Assembly: GCA_963668185.1 (NCBI GenBank)
Contig: OY764162.1
Span: forward strand, 678,915 to 742,914
From: Dehalococcoidia bacterium
Lineage (GTDB): Bacteria; Chloroflexota; Dehalococcoidia; Lucifugimonadales; G963668185
Reading direction: 5' to 3'
Length of the DNA stretch: 64,000 bases
The position numbers were made by a program, and so were the translations under genes. Below, one piece after another: positions 37,653 through 48,044 of this stretch. Numbering within the stretch: position 1 is the stretch's first letter; the number at the start of each line of letters is the position of its first letter. The notes below the pieces were generated by a model. That model saw only the letters and a program-made list of their open reading frames with translations. It ran no database searches and was not told the origin of the DNA.

Positions 37653-38144
37653 TCAGCGTGGCGGGAAGGCATCTTGCTCAATCTGTGCTGCCCTGTCGAG
37701 AAGTCCTTGCTCCTTGACTTTTACACGATATTCCTTACGGAGACGGGATTTGAACTCCTCAACCCATTCCTGAGAGGTCTGGGATTCCTCATATCGAATA
37801 TCCTTCCGAAGATTGGCATTCACATCATCGGCGACCGTGATTATGAACTGGTTAACATCTTGAGTGAGGATGTTGGAGGCAGGGGTGTTGAGGTTACTCA
37901 GACGCTTCATATCAAAAAGGCCCGCTTCATTGAAAGCCTTATATCCGAGATCCGAGGCGACATTCCCAGTCTCCTTGCGGTAATTAACCAATTCATCATA
38001 TTCATCGACAATCCACTGTCTATTGCGAGCTTGCGCTGAGCGTGCGGCAGAACGACCTACCGCCAGTCCGCCCACTGCAATGACAACGAGCACGAAAATA
38101 TTCAGTATCTCGCCAATTGTGATGCTCCAAGACCACCAATCCAT
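37653..38144 (-). CDS. Hypothetical protein, N-terminal TM, AT-rich
   Basis: 163-aa ORF with AGGAG RBS in a visibly lower-GC segment. Confidence 0.6.
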   Translation of the reverse strand: MDWWSWSITIGEILNIFVLVVIAVGGLAVGRSAARSAQARNRQWIVDEYDELVNYRKETGNVASDLGYKAFNEAGLFDMKRLSNLNTPASNILTQDVNQFIITVADDVNANLRKDIRYEESQTSQEWVEEFKSRLRKEYRVKVKEQGLLDRAAQIEQDAFPPR

Positions 38145-38198
38145 TGTCGACTCCTAGCCTAGTCCGGCCTCTCGGAACGGGATGGTCACGCCCGCTTC

Positions 38199-39875
38199 CT
38201 ACCTCCTGCGCCGCCTTCTGCGCGTTGTGCGTTGCGCCCGGCCGTGCCGCAGGTAGGGTTCGCGCTCCGGGGGCAGGTGGCCGTTGGTACGGTTGCGCGC
38301 CTGCAAGCCCGTCAAGGTAAGGTGGTCCTTCTTTTCCTTGTTGCAGGGCGGGCATAGCAGCGTTAGGTTGTCGTAGGCGTCGCTGCCGCCTTCCGACGTG
38401 GGGCGGATATGGTCAACCTCCAACACGCGAGGGTCGAAGCCGTAGTCGCGCCCGCAACCCTGGCAGAACGCGCCGATGTCGGCCAGCAGGCGCGGATGCT
38501 GCGTCCTGGGCTTGGGATGCCGGGGGCGTTTGCCCGTCGGCGTTCGGAAGGCGACCGTTGCGGGATCGCCGTCGTCCGTGCGCTGGGGAGGGACGGTCTT
38601 CAGGTGAATGTCCGCGAACGTCAGGGTTTGCTGCCCGCGCTTCTTCTTGGACTGCGGAACAACCAGGTTCTCCTGCTCCATACGGTCGAGCACCATCTGG
38701 TACGCGCCGTCCCATATATCGATGCCGACCCACTGCCGGCCCAACCGTTCGGCGGCCACGGGCGTTGTGGCGCAGCCAACGAACGGATCAAGCACCATGT
38801 CGCCGGGATTCGAGGACGCCTTGATGATGCGCTCGTACAACGCCAACGGCTTCTGAGTCGGGTAGCCTGTGGCTTCGCCCTTCTTGCTGTAATTGGTGAA
38901 CCCGCGTGGTTCAAGAATCAGGTCTTGGGGAAGCTTGCCCGTGTCGGCGGCGGCGTATCTCTTGAGGCCGGGCCACTTTCCCCTATCGGGATGATGGATG
39001 AGCCCTGCCTTGTCCAGCGCGTCAAGCCGTTCGTGAACGCCGGCGATGCCGCGGTAGCCGGGGATGAACTCCCGCTCTATGTACTCCGCGTACGTGCCCG
39101 TCTTCGGAACCGACCAAACGCGGTTCATCGCATATACGTCGTAATCCTTCCACGGCAACGTGCTGGGGCTGCCCCTTTCGGCATTGTGGCGGGGGCCTGT
39201 CAGGTTGTCGGCGCGGTAACGTCCCCGTTCGTCTTGCGAGGGATACGCGATGCGCAACTCTTCCGGTGTCCTAGGGGTCGCGATAGCACTGCCATTCCAA
39301 GTAGTGTCCCCTCCCTTCACGTAGTAGAGAATCGTGTCGTGGATGGCACCGAACCGCTTGGCGTCATTGTGGCTTACGGACCGCCTCCAGACGATCTCAT
39401 TACGGAACTGGTCCGGCCCAAAGACGGCATCGAGCATGCACTTCACCCAAGCATGGGCGGTGTGATCGATATGCAGGTAGAAGCTCCCGCCATCCGCAAG
39501 CACCCGGTGCATCTCCAGCACCCGGACGCCAAGCCAGCACAGGAACGCGCCCATGCCGTTGCTGTGGGCTTCCTTCGCCGACATGATGACGTTCCAGATC
39601 TCCGGCTCGTCCGTGGAGATGCTGTCAAGCCAATCGGGGTGAAGGTCTTCGCGCCACCGCCACCTATCCTCGAAGCCCACGCCCGCGCTCATCTTGTCGG
39701 GCGTCACGTGGAAGTCCTTGTTCTTGTTGAACGGCGGGTCGGTAGCTATCAACTGCACCGAACGGCTATTCATCCCCTGTAGCACGGGCAGGTTGTCGCC
39801 GTGGTACAGGGTACGGTTCTCGAAGTTCATCCTGCTGGCGGGAACGGGATTCTGCATGCTCGCGGTGTCCGGCAT
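38199..39875 (-). CDS. N6/N4 DNA methyltransferase (beta order) fused to a C-terminal HNH endonuclease
   Basis: [29 protein letters not shown]; C-terminal CQGC...VDHIRP...[10 protein letters not shown]. Confidence 0.9.
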   Translation of the reverse strand: MPDTASMQNPVPASRMNFENRTLYHGDNLPVLQGMNSRSVQLIATDPPFNKNKDFHVTPDKMSAGVGFEDRWRWREDLHPDWLDSISTDEPEIWNVIMSAKEAHSNGMGAFLCWLGVRVLEMHRVLADGGSFYLHIDHTAHAWVKCMLDAVFGPDQFRNEIVWRRSVSHNDAKRFGAIHDTILYYVKGGDTTWNGSAIATPRTPEELRIAYPSQDERGRYRADNLTGPRHNAERGSPSTLPWKDYDVYAMNRVWSVPKTGTYAEYIEREFIPGYRGIAGVHERLDALDKAGLIHHPDRGKWPGLKRYAAADTGKLPQDLILEPRGFTNYSKKGEATGYPTQKPLALYERIIKASSNPGDMVLDPFVGCATTPVAAERLGRQWVGIDIWDGAYQMVLDRMEQENLVVPQSKKKRGQQTLTFADIHLKTVPPQRTDDGDPATVAFRTPTGKRPRHPKPRTQHPRLLADIGAFCQGCGRDYGFDPRVLEVDHIRPTSEGGSDAYDNLTLLCPPCNKEKKDHLTLTGLQARNRTNGHLPPEREPYLRHGRAQRTTRRRRRRR

Positions 39876-40054
39876 CGTGCTGCCTCAGGTTGTCGGATTC
39901 GGGCCGGCGGCCATCATCCGCAACCTTAGTCTATCATACGTTCTGATAGGATGCAGCAGACTGGGGAAGAGGCCGGAGGTTCGTCCAAGCCACCCCTGGA
40001 TTCCGGCCTTCGCCGGAATGACGGGTTATGCAAAGGTCTCCGAGATCCGGGCAG

Positions 40055-40084
40055 TTGACGCAGCCCGCCGCGCGTTCATAAACT
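40055..40084 (+). promoter_or_regulatory. Putative sigma70 promoter of rpiB
   Basis: TTGACG-N18-TAAACT. Confidence 0.45.
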
Positions 40085-40126
40085 TGCCATAGCCGTGGAC
40101 TACAAGACTGGGTCTAAGGGAGAACT

Positions 40127-40582
40127 TTGCGAGTTGCAGTAGGCGCAGATCATGCCGGCTTTCACCTCAAGGAGCAGTTGGCCGAACTCCTGAGAGAGCA
40201 GGGCCACGAGGTCCACGACGTGGGCGCGCACGAGCACGATCCGGCCGACGACTTCCCGGACTTCGCGCTCGCCCTAGCCGAAAGGGTGGCGTCCGGCGGC
40301 TCCGAGCGGGGCGTCATGGTCTGCGGCAGCGGCGTCGGCGCGAGCGTTGCCGCGAACAAGACGCCGGGGATACGCGCCGCCGTATGCCACGACTCGTACT
40401 CGGCGCATCAGGGCGTGGAGCACGACGACATGAACGTGCTGTGCCTGGGCGCTCGAATCGTGGGCATCGAAGTGGCGAAGGAACTGGTCGCCAACTTCCT
40501 GGCCGCCGAATTCAGCGGCGAAGAGCGTCACATGAGAAGGCTTCGGAAGGTGATCGCCATGGAGGACGCATCCTTCCGGTGA
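40127..40582 (+). CDS. rpiB: Ribose-5-phosphate isomerase B
   Basis: GADHAGF, CGSGVG, ANK, HDDMNVLCLGAR, RHMRR. Confidence 0.95.
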   Translation: MRVAVGADHAGFHLKEQLAELLREQGHEVHDVGAHEHDPADDFPDFALALAERVASGGSERGVMVCGSGVGASVAANKTPGIRAAVCHDSYSAHQGVEHDDMNVLCLGARIVGIEVAKELVANFLAAEFSGEERHMRRLRKVIAMEDASFR

Positions 40583-40595
40583 ATGCGGACTCGGT

Positions 40596-40793
40596 CTAGC
40601 CCTCTTCTTCGATTCCCGACGCCCGCAACTTGTCGGCCTCCGCATTGCTCAGGATGCGGAACACGGAAGAGTCGGGGTCTTCGTCTGCCACGCCCCGAAC
40701 GGCGGGGCGCCCGTTCTTCAACTTCACCAGCTTGGGATTGCGAATCACGACGTTCTTACGGAGCTTAAGCGAGTATGCGGTGAGTTCGTCCAT
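40596..40793 (-). CDS. Small DUF5679-like protein
   Basis: GGAGG RBS; AYSLK...NPKLVKLKNGRPAVRG...VFRI. Confidence 0.65.
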   Translation of the reverse strand: MDELTAYSLKLRKNVVIRNPKLVKLKNGRPAVRGVADEDPDSSVFRILSNAEADKLRASGIEEEG

Positions 40794-40918
40794 AACAACC
40801 TCCATTGTGCAAGATGTACCGACTGGGACTTCCCATATCAGGAGTTTTCAGGCATATAGAGCAGCCCAGGCGGGATTATAGCATCACAGCCAGACTTAAA
40901 ACGACCACTCGGCCAAGT

Positions 40919-41042
40919 GTAAGTGTTCAGAGTTGATGTGGCGACCCGGTATTCGCCGCTTCTACCCCATCTCAATCTTCCCCAGTCTGCTGGGGAAGAG
41001 GCCGGAGGAGCACATGGCCTCTCACGAAGTCTGAACAATTAC
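40919..41042. mobile_element. Putative 124-bp MITE with GTAA-starting terminal inverted repeats
   Basis: GTAAGTGTTCAGA ... TCTGAACAATTAC (13 bp, 1 mismatch) enclosing a palindromic repeat; similar right end at 26630-26654. Confidence 0.55.
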
Positions 41043-41059
41043 ATGCTTCTTGTCTGTCT

Positions 41060-42193
41060 TCAAGCGCCCGTCACCTCTTCCATCACCCTCAGGACGTTCT
41101 CTCCCAGGATCTTCCGCACGTCGTCCGGCGCGTATCCGCGCTTGAGCAGTTCATCGGTGATCCACGGCATCATCGAGCAGTCGTCCAGGCCCCTCGGCGT
41201 CGAAGGAATGCCGTCGTAGTCGGAGCCCAGTCCCACGTGGTCCGCGCCCATGACGTTGACCATGTGGTCGATGTGGTCTATGACCTCGGTGTAGTGCGGA
41301 GGTTCCAGTTCCGCGCCCAGCCGCTCCCGGTGCCGCCGCCGGAGATCGCTGAGCGCGCGCTCCAACGCCTCGCCGCTCCCGCTCCATCCGGCCTCCAGTT
41401 CGGCAGTCTCCTGCTTGTGCCGCTCGCCGAGTTCCTCCGCCGCCAGCCGGTGCGACTCCGACACGAACGCCGGCGCGAAGTTCACGGACACGACGCCGTT
41501 GTTCGCCGCGACCGCGCGTAGCTGGTCGTCGTTCATGTTGCGCGGGTGCTTGCAGATTGCGAGCGCCGATGAGTGCGACGCCATCACCGGCTTGCTCGTG
41601 ACTTCCATCGCGTCCCAGAACGTCTTCACCGAGACGTGCGAGATATCGACGATGATCCCCAGCCGGTTCATCTCGCGCACCACTTCCCTGCCGAGGTCGT
41701 TCAGCCCGTCGTGGCGCGGCTCGTCCAGGATGCCGTCCGCCCAGTTGTTGGTGTTGTTCCACGTCAGCGTCATGTACCGCACGCCGAGTTCGTGGAACAT
41801 TCGGAGCGCCGCCAGGTCGTCCTGTATCGCGTGGCCGCCCTCGATGCACAGGATGCCCGCGATCTTGCCCTGCGCCTTCGCGTCCCGGACGTCGGACGCC
41901 GTACGCGCCTGCGTTATGCGGTCCGCGTGGGCGCCGAACGTCGCGTACATCGCGTCGAAGTACTGGAGCAGGCGCTGGATGCCGAAGTTCAGTTCGTACT
42001 CGTGCGGGTTCAGCCATCCCGCGAAGAACTGTCCCGTGATGCCGCCTTCTTGCATACGCGGTATGTCCATGTGTCCCCTGCCCGTGTCCAGGCCGAGGTC
42101 CTCGCCGTCGTCCACCGCGCGCCCGAAGCTGTCCGAGTGCGTGTCGACGACTATCGATGAGAAGTGAAGCTCGCGCGCCTTCTCGCTGACCAT
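41060..42193 (-). CDS. Membrane dipeptidase (peptidase M19)
   Basis: VDTHSD, IEGG, YMTLTW, DISH, ASHS, RNMND, GLGSDYDG. Confidence 0.93.
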   Translation of the reverse strand: MVSEKARELHFSSIVVDTHSDSFGRAVDDGEDLGLDTGRGHMDIPRMQEGGITGQFFAGWLNPHEYELNFGIQRLLQYFDAMYATFGAHADRITQARTASDVRDAKAQGKIAGILCIEGGHAIQDDLAALRMFHELGVRYMTLTWNNTNNWADGILDEPRHDGLNDLGREVVREMNRLGIIVDISHVSVKTFWDAMEVTSKPVMASHSSALAICKHPRNMNDDQLRAVAANNGVVSVNFAPAFVSESHRLAAEELGERHKQETAELEAGWSGSGEALERALSDLRRRHRERLGAELEPPHYTEVIDHIDHMVNVMGADHVGLGSDYDGIPSTPRGLDDCSMMPWITDELLKRGYAPDDVRKILGENVLRVMEEVTGA

Positions 42194-42331
42194 GTGCGCC
42201 TCCCGTTGACTTGAGTATCTATGCACCGGTCCGCAGTGTCCCCCACCCCGCCCCGCCGCGCAACCTCTTATACCTTCCCCGGTCTGCTACGCTATCATTA
42301 ACGTACAAAGCCAAATTGAGGTAACTGAACA

Positions 42332-44983
42332 ATGAACGGTCCCGAGCTGAGAGAAGCCTTCCTGAGTTTCTTCGAAAGCAAGGCTCACTCCAGGGCTGCC
42401 AGCTCCTCCCTGATTCCCGTCGGGGACCCGACTCTCCTGCTCACGACCGCGGGCATGGTCCAGTTCAAGCCGTACTTCGCGGGGCAGTCCGTTCCGCCCA
42501 ATCTCCGCATGGCCACGTCGCAGAAGAGCTTCCGCACCGACGACATCGACGAGGTCGGCGACGCCACGCACCTGACGCTGTTCGAGATGCTCGGCAACTT
42601 CAGCTTCGGCGACTACTTCAAGGGCAGGGCGATGGACTACGCCCTGGAGTTCGTGCTGGACCACATGGGCCTTGAGAAAGACCGGTGCTCGATAACCGTC
42701 AACCACATCGACGAGGAGAGCATCGGCCTGTGGATGGACCGCGGCATCCCCGAAAGCCGCATCTACCGCTTCGGCGACGAAGACAACTGGTGGGGGCCGG
42801 CAGGCGACGAAGGGGCGTGCGGCCCCAACTCGGAGATCCATTACGACACCGAGTCACCCCGCAGCTGCGGCGAGCCGGACTGCGCGCCCAACTGCGAGAA
42901 CACGTTCGGCCCGCACAACGAGACGTGCGAGCGTTTCGTCGAGCTCTGGAACCTCGTCTTCATGCAGTACGAGCAGCACCTCGACGGCACGCGAACCCCC
43001 CTGCCCGCTCCCGGCGTGGACACCGGCATGGGCCTGGAGCGCGCCGCCGCCATCCTGCAGGGCGCGGACACGGTCTATGAGACCGATCTATTCAACCCCA
43101 TCGTCGAAAAGGTCGAAGAGGTCACCGGACGGCGCCGCGGCTCGGAGTACGAGACCGACTACGCCCTTCGCGTCCTCGCGGACCACGCGCGCGGCGCGGC
43201 GTTCCTCGTCGCGGACGGCGTCGTTCCCGGCAACGAGGGGCGCGGCTACGTCGTGCGCAGGGTAATACGCAGGGCCATCCGGCACGCGCGCCGACTCGGC
43301 CTGGAGAGGCCGTTCCTCGGAGAGATCGCCGAGGTCGTAATCGAGCAGATGGGAAGCGTTTATCCGGAACTCCCCGCCAACCGCGCATTCATCCTGACCG
43401 TGCTACAGCTTGAGGAGGAGCGCTTCCAGCAGGCGTACCAGACGGGCCTCGGCGTGCTGGAGGACGCCATGAAGGGCTCCGCGCTGCTTTCCGGCGCGGA
43501 CGTGTTCCGGCTCTGGGACACGTACGGCTTCCCCGTCGAGATGACCACGGAGATCGCCCAGGAAAACGGCGTGGAGGTGGACCTGGAAGGCTTCGAAACG
43601 GAGATGGCGCGCCAGCGGGAGCGGGGCCGCGCCTCCGCCAGGTTCGGCGGCGATCAGGCCAAGATCCGCGTTTACGAGAGCCTCGGCGTAACGGACACCC
43701 CGTTCAACGGCTACTCCTCGCTGACCGGCTCCTCGGTGGTCGTCGGCCTGATCGCGGACGGCCAAGTCGTGGACAGCGCGTCCGAGGGGCAGGCCGTGGA
43801 AGTAGTCCTGATGAGCACGCCTTTCTACCCGGAGGGCGGCGGCCAGGTGGGCGACGCGGGCACGCTGGACGGCCCCGATGGCCGCATAGACGTCGACGAC
43901 ACCCAGAACGTGATGGCCCACCTGATAGTCCACTTTGGGACGGTCGCCCGCGGCGCGGTGAATCTCGGCGACAACGTGGACGCGTACGTTGACCCCGTTC
44001 GCCGCGAGGACACCGCCCGCAACCACACCGCGACGCACCTGCTCCACGCCGCCCTGCGCCAGGTGCTCGGCCCGCACGTCCGGCAGGCAGGCTCGCTCGT
44101 CGCGCCCGACCGCCTGCGCTTCGACTTCACGCACGTGCAGGCCATGACCGACGGCGAACTGTGGGACACGCAGTTCCTGGTGAACGAGAAGATCAGGCAG
44201 AACGCGAAGGTCCTGAAGGACGAAGACAGCTACACGCGCGCAATCGAACGCGGCGCGCTGGCCTTCTTCGGCGAAAGGTACGAAGAGAACGTGAGGCTGA
44301 TCGAGATCGCCAACGGCGACACCTTCAGCTTCGAGGTATGCGGCGGCACACACGTCGGCCGCACCGGCGAGGTCGGCTCGCTGTTCCTGCTGGGCGAGTC
44401 CAGCATCGGCGCGGGAATTCGCCGGATCGAGGCCGTCAGCGGCCGCGCCGCGGAGCGCGTGTTTTCTGATAGGCACAGGACGCTGGAAGGCGTAGCCCGC
44501 GACCTGCAGACCTCGTCCACGGAAATCGGCGACAGGCTTCAGCGTCTGCTGGACGAAAACGCCGAGTTGCGCCGCGAGAGGGACCAGCTGCGCCGCCGTA
44601 TCTCGCTGCAGTCCGCGGAGAGCCTGCTCGACGCGAAGGTCGAGGTCGAAGGCGTGCCGGTGCTCGCGGTCAACGTGCAGGTCGAGACCGTCGAGGCCCT
44701 GCGGGAGATGGGCGACTGGCTACGGGACAAGCTTGGCAGCGGCGTCGTGGTGCTCGGCGCGGTCGTGAACGACCGCCCGTCGTTCATCGCGATGGTGACC
44801 CAGGACCTGCTCCCGTCCGGCCTGGACGCCGCCGCCATCGTCAAGAGCGCGGCCAAAGAGGTGCAGGGCGGCGGCGGCGGACGCCCGGACGTCGCGCAGG
44901 CCGGAGGGCGCCGCGCCGACAAGCTGGACGACGCGCTCGCCCTCGTTCCCGACCTCGTCCGGGAGGCCCTCGCCGCCTCGTGA
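42332..44983 (+). CDS. alaS: Alanine--tRNA ligase
   Basis: DPTLLLTTAGMVQFKP, FEMLGNFSFGDYFK, DTGMGLER, NHTATHLLH, CGGTHV, GGGGG DHHA1. Confidence 0.98.
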   Translation: MNGPELREAFLSFFESKAHSRAASSSLIPVGDPTLLLTTAGMVQFKPYFAGQSVPPNLRMATSQKSFRTDDIDEVGDATHLTLFEMLGNFSFGDYFKGRAMDYALEFVLDHMGLEKDRCSITVNHIDEESIGLWMDRGIPESRIYRFGDEDNWWGPAGDEGACGPNSEIHYDTESPRSCGEPDCAPNCENTFGPHNETCERFVELWNLVFMQYEQHLDGTRTPLPAPGVDTGMGLERAAAILQGADTVYETDLFNPIVEKVEEVTGRRRGSEYETDYALRVLADHARGAAFLVADGVVPGNEGRGYVVRRVIRRAIRHARRLGLERPFLGEIAEVVIEQMGSVYPELPANRAFILTVLQLEEERFQQAYQTGLGVLEDAMKGSALLSGADVFRLWDTYGFPVEMTTEIAQENGVEVDLEGFETEMARQRERGRASARFGGDQAKIRVYESLGVTDTPFNGYSSLTGSSVVVGLIADGQVVDSASEGQAVEVVLMSTPFYPEGGGQVGDAGTLDGPDGRIDVDDTQNVMAHLIVHFGTVARGAVNLGDNVDAYVDPVRREDTARNHTATHLLHAALRQVLGPHVRQAGSLVAPDRLRFDFTHVQAMTDGELWDTQFLVNEKIRQNAKVLKDEDSYTRAIERGALAFFGERYEENVRLIEIANGDTFSFEVCGGTHVGRTGEVGSLFLLGESSIGAGIRRIEAVSGRAAERVFSDRHRTLEGVARDLQTSSTEIGDRLQRLLDENAELRRERDQLRRRISLQSAESLLDAKVEVEGVPVLAVNVQVETVEALREMGDWLRDKLGSGVVVLGAVVNDRPSFIAMVTQDLLPSGLDAAAIVKSAAKEVQGGGGGRPDVAQAGGRRADKLDDALALVPDLVREALAAS

Positions 44984-45432
44984 GGCTGCTTTCGCTGGAC
45001 GTGGGCGACCGGAGAATCGGGGCCGCGCTGAGCGATCCTCTCGGCATAACGGCCACGCCCCTGCCCGCCATCGACCGCAAGCGCGTCCGGGACGCTCCCG
45101 CCGCCGTGCTGGGCCTGGCGCGGGAGCACGAGGTGTCGGGAATCGTCGTCGGCTTCCCCCTGACGCTTTCCGGGGAGGCCGCGCACCAGGCCGCCAAGGT
45201 CAGGGAGTTCGTGCGCGCCCTGGAGTCGCAGACAGAGCTGCCCGTAGTCGCCGTGGACGAGCGCTTCTCCACTCAGGAGGCGGAGCGTCTGCTCAGATCG
45301 ACGGGAAGAAGTCCCCGCTCGCGCGACAAGGGCGCTCTCGACTCCGCCGCAGCCGCCGTCATCCTGCAAACATATCTCGACGCGCAGGCCCGCCAGCCCT
45401 CCTCCCCACCGCTCGGGTTCCGTTCGTCCTGA
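44980..45432 (+). CDS. ruvX: YqgF/RuvX pre-16S rRNA nuclease
   Basis: LDVGDRRIG, VVGFP, DERFST, DSAAAAVILQ; coupled to alaS. Confidence 0.95.
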   Translation: MRLLSLDVGDRRIGAALSDPLGITATPLPAIDRKRVRDAPAAVLGLAREHEVSGIVVGFPLTLSGEAAHQAAKVREFVRALESQTELPVVAVDERFSTQEAERLLRSTGRSPRSRDKGALDSAAAAVILQTYLDAQARQPSSPPLGFRSS

Positions 45433-45445
45433 GCCTGTCGAAGGA
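45421..45445. repeat. REP-like family with TGAGC(C/T)TGTCGAA core
   Basis: Copies at 45421-45445, 46935-46959, 54888-54910 and reverse at 58675-58701. Confidence 0.75.
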
Positions 45446-45568
45446 CCCCGCCACGAGTGAGACCCCCTTGCATTAAATACTCTCATGTGCGAAAACACTC
45501 AGGCCACTGCGACACTTACAGTGGCCAGGCGCCGCTCCGCCCGGACTTAGAAGCAAACTGGAACTTTC

Positions 45569-46429
45569 ATGACTAGACTAGCTGGGATAGTTGGCCACCC
45601 GTTGGGGCATTCCGTCTCTCCCCCGATGCACCAGGCCGCGTTCGACGCGCTCGATATGAACGTGCGCTACAGGAGGTGGAACACGCCTCCGATAATGCTT
45701 CCGTACAGGCTGGAGGCCATGCGCCGCGAACGCTGCCTGGGCGCGAACGTCACCATCCCACACAAGGCCGTCGCCTTCGAATACGTTGACGAAGCCGATC
45801 CCCTGGCCCGGTCCATCGGCGCGATCAACACGATCGTGAACACGGAAGGCCGGCTTACCGGCTACAACACCGACGCGCACGGCTTCGTCACGTCCCTCAA
45901 GCACGAGATCGGGAGCAGTCTGGCGGGAGTCAACGCCCTCGTGCTGGGCGCAGGCGGCGCCGCGCGGGCCGCGGTCTTCGGCCTGGCCGGCGAGGGCGCC
46001 GGAAGCATCGCGATCGCCAACCGCACGGCTCCCAAGGCCGCCGCGCTGGCCTCCGCCGCCGGGCCGGACGCCAACGCCGCCGTCGTCGAGCTCGGCAGCG
46101 AAGAGTTCGAGCGGACGGCTCTCGCCGCCGATCTGATCGTCAACTGCACCTCTGTCGGCATGGCGGGAGGCTCCTCCCCGGACGGGACTCCCATCCCGAA
46201 GCAGCTTCTCAAGAAGGAGACCGTCGTCTTCGACATGGTGTACAACCCGGCCGAGACTCCCCTGCTCGCCGATGCCGCCGAGGCCGGCGCAGTGGCGGTG
46301 GACGGCCTGGCCATGCTCGTGCACCAGGGCGCGGCCGCCTTCGAGCTGTGGACCGGCGAGCCCGCCCCGCTCGACGTCATGTTCGCCGCCGCCCGCGAGG
46401 CGATGGCCGAGATGCAGGAGACTTCGTAG
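45569..46429 (+). CDS. aroE: Shikimate dehydrogenase
   Basis: HSVSPPMH, GANVTIPHK, GYNTD, GAGGAA, DMVYNP, MLVHQG. Confidence 0.96.
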   Translation: MTRLAGIVGHPLGHSVSPPMHQAAFDALDMNVRYRRWNTPPIMLPYRLEAMRRERCLGANVTIPHKAVAFEYVDEADPLARSIGAINTIVNTEGRLTGYNTDAHGFVTSLKHEIGSSLAGVNALVLGAGGAARAAVFGLAGEGAGSIAIANRTAPKAAALASAAGPDANAAVVELGSEEFERTALAADLIVNCTSVGMAGGSSPDGTPIPKQLLKKETVVFDMVYNPAETPLLADAAEAGAVAVDGLAMLVHQGAAAFELWTGEPAPLDVMFAAAREAMAEMQETS

Positions 46430-46527
46430 CTTCCCGCCGCCTCTAAATCATCCGTAGGGGCCGTTCGCGAACGGCCCTTCCCAGTTAACATCCCCCTACG
46501 CCAACTGGGTTTCCGTTCCTCTACCAG

Positions 46528-46872
46528 CTATTCCCCGTTTTCGAAGTCCTGGCCGAACTGGTCCCAAAACTCAGCCAAGTCTCCCCAATCAGATTCCTCC
46601 ATGCCGTTGCCTCCGGTCGGGTCCATCGACGACAGTATCCACAACAACATGCCAAAGAGGGCTTCGCCGAACTCATCGGAATCTTCCCCGTCCCGCTCGT
46701 TGTCCAACTGCATCTGCTCGACCATGCTGAGCAATTCGGCTTGCGTCGCTTCCACTGCGGCCACCTGCTCTTGCAGGTCTTCAATCGCGTCGAGCACTTC
46801 GTCATCGTTCGATTGGCAAGCCACGCCTGCCAGGACCACCACTGCCGCAAGAAGCACGACCAGCTTTCTCAT
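46528..46872 (-). CDS. Hypothetical lipoprotein
   Basis: AAGGAG RBS; MRKLVVLLAAVVVLAGVAC lipobox; acidic coiled-coil. Confidence 0.65.
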   Translation of the reverse strand: MRKLVVLLAAVVVLAGVACQSNDDEVLDAIEDLQEQVAAVEATQAELLSMVEQMQLDNERDGEDSDEFGEALFGMLLWILSSMDPTGGNGMEESDWGDLAEFWDQFGQDFENGE

Positions 46873-47128
46873 GCTGTCTCCTTAATCTCGATCAGACACT
46901 CGTACAGGTCAGACTCCGCCATCGGTCCCGAACCCGTTCGTGGTGAGCCTGTCGAACCATGAGCGGGCTGCCAGCCGCCATTTTACGTAATCACCTATAG
47001 CGAAACGGAACCGGACCGGCCCCGCACTTGCAAGGCTGCCGGATAGACAGTTAGCCTGTGCCCCGTACGCAAGTCGCCGGCTTGAGCGCATCACAAGCAA
47101 AGGGCATTAGAGGAAGCCGCACACACCC

Positions 47129-48004
47129 ATGCACTGTCACCAATGCGGTAGCGAAAACCCCGACGGCGCGCGGTTCTGCGGAAACTGCGGCGTTGGACTG
47201 GACGCCGGCCAGCCCCATCCTCACGAGGCCGGTCCCTCCATTGCCGGCCGCCCAGGCGCGGGAGACATCCCGCCGCGCGATCTCGGACAGCTAATCTCGG
47301 CAACCTTCGCCGTGTATCGCCGCGCCGCCCTGCCGCTGTTCATCATCGCGCTCGTTCCGCAGGTCCCGAACATCTTCAACTTACAGCAAGAACCCATGTT
47401 GAGCCTTGTCTTGACCATCGCGGCGACCCTGCTCAGCATCGCCGCCGGCGCCGCGGGCGTCTTCTGCGTCGGCCATGCGCTGACAGGCCGCAGCACGGAC
47501 GTACTCGACTGCTACGGCCGCGCCGTGAACGTCTTCCTACCCATGCTCGGCGTGGTCGTCATCGTCACGCTGGCGCTGGTCGGCTCGGCCATACTGATGC
47601 TGATCGTCATCGGCATACCCCTGTTCTTCTTCCTGCTCGTCATCTGGTCATTCGCCACACACGCCGTCGTGATCGAGAACAAAGGCGTATTCGCCGCCCT
47701 CGGTCGTAGCCGCGAGTTGGTGCGCGGCAACTGGTGGCGCGTCTTCGGCATCGGCCTCGTGTTCGTGCTCATCACGATTGCCCTTGTCGTGCCGGTCATA
47801 GTCCTTTCAATTATCGTCGAGCTGCTGTTCAATCCCAGTCTTCTCGTGTTCAACATCATCAGTGCGGTGACCGCAGCCCTGCTGGTTCCGCTCTGGCAGG
47901 TCGTCGGCACCCTGCTATACATCGACCTCCGCGTCCGCAAGGAAGGCTACGGCCTGCAGTCCCTCGCCGACGATCTCAGCCGCAGGCCGGGAGACGCCCG
48001 CTAA
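47129..48004 (+). CDS. Zinc-ribbon + multi-TM membrane protein (GDPD membrane-domain-like)
   Basis: CHQCG...FCGNCG; ALGRSRELVRGNWWRVFG; LYIDLRVRKEG. Confidence 0.8.
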   Translation: MHCHQCGSENPDGARFCGNCGVGLDAGQPHPHEAGPSIAGRPGAGDIPPRDLGQLISATFAVYRRAALPLFIIALVPQVPNIFNLQQEPMLSLVLTIAATLLSIAAGAAGVFCVGHALTGRSTDVLDCYGRAVNVFLPMLGVVVIVTLALVGSAILMLIVIGIPLFFFLLVIWSFATHAVVIENKGVFAALGRSRELVRGNWWRVFGIGLVFVLITIALVVPVIVLSIIVELLFNPSLLVFNIISAVTAALLVPLWQVVGTLLYIDLRVRKEGYGLQSLADDLSRRPGDAR

Positions 48005-48044
48005 CGCTAGGAATCCGAATACGCCCGCCAGGAGAAGCCAACCC

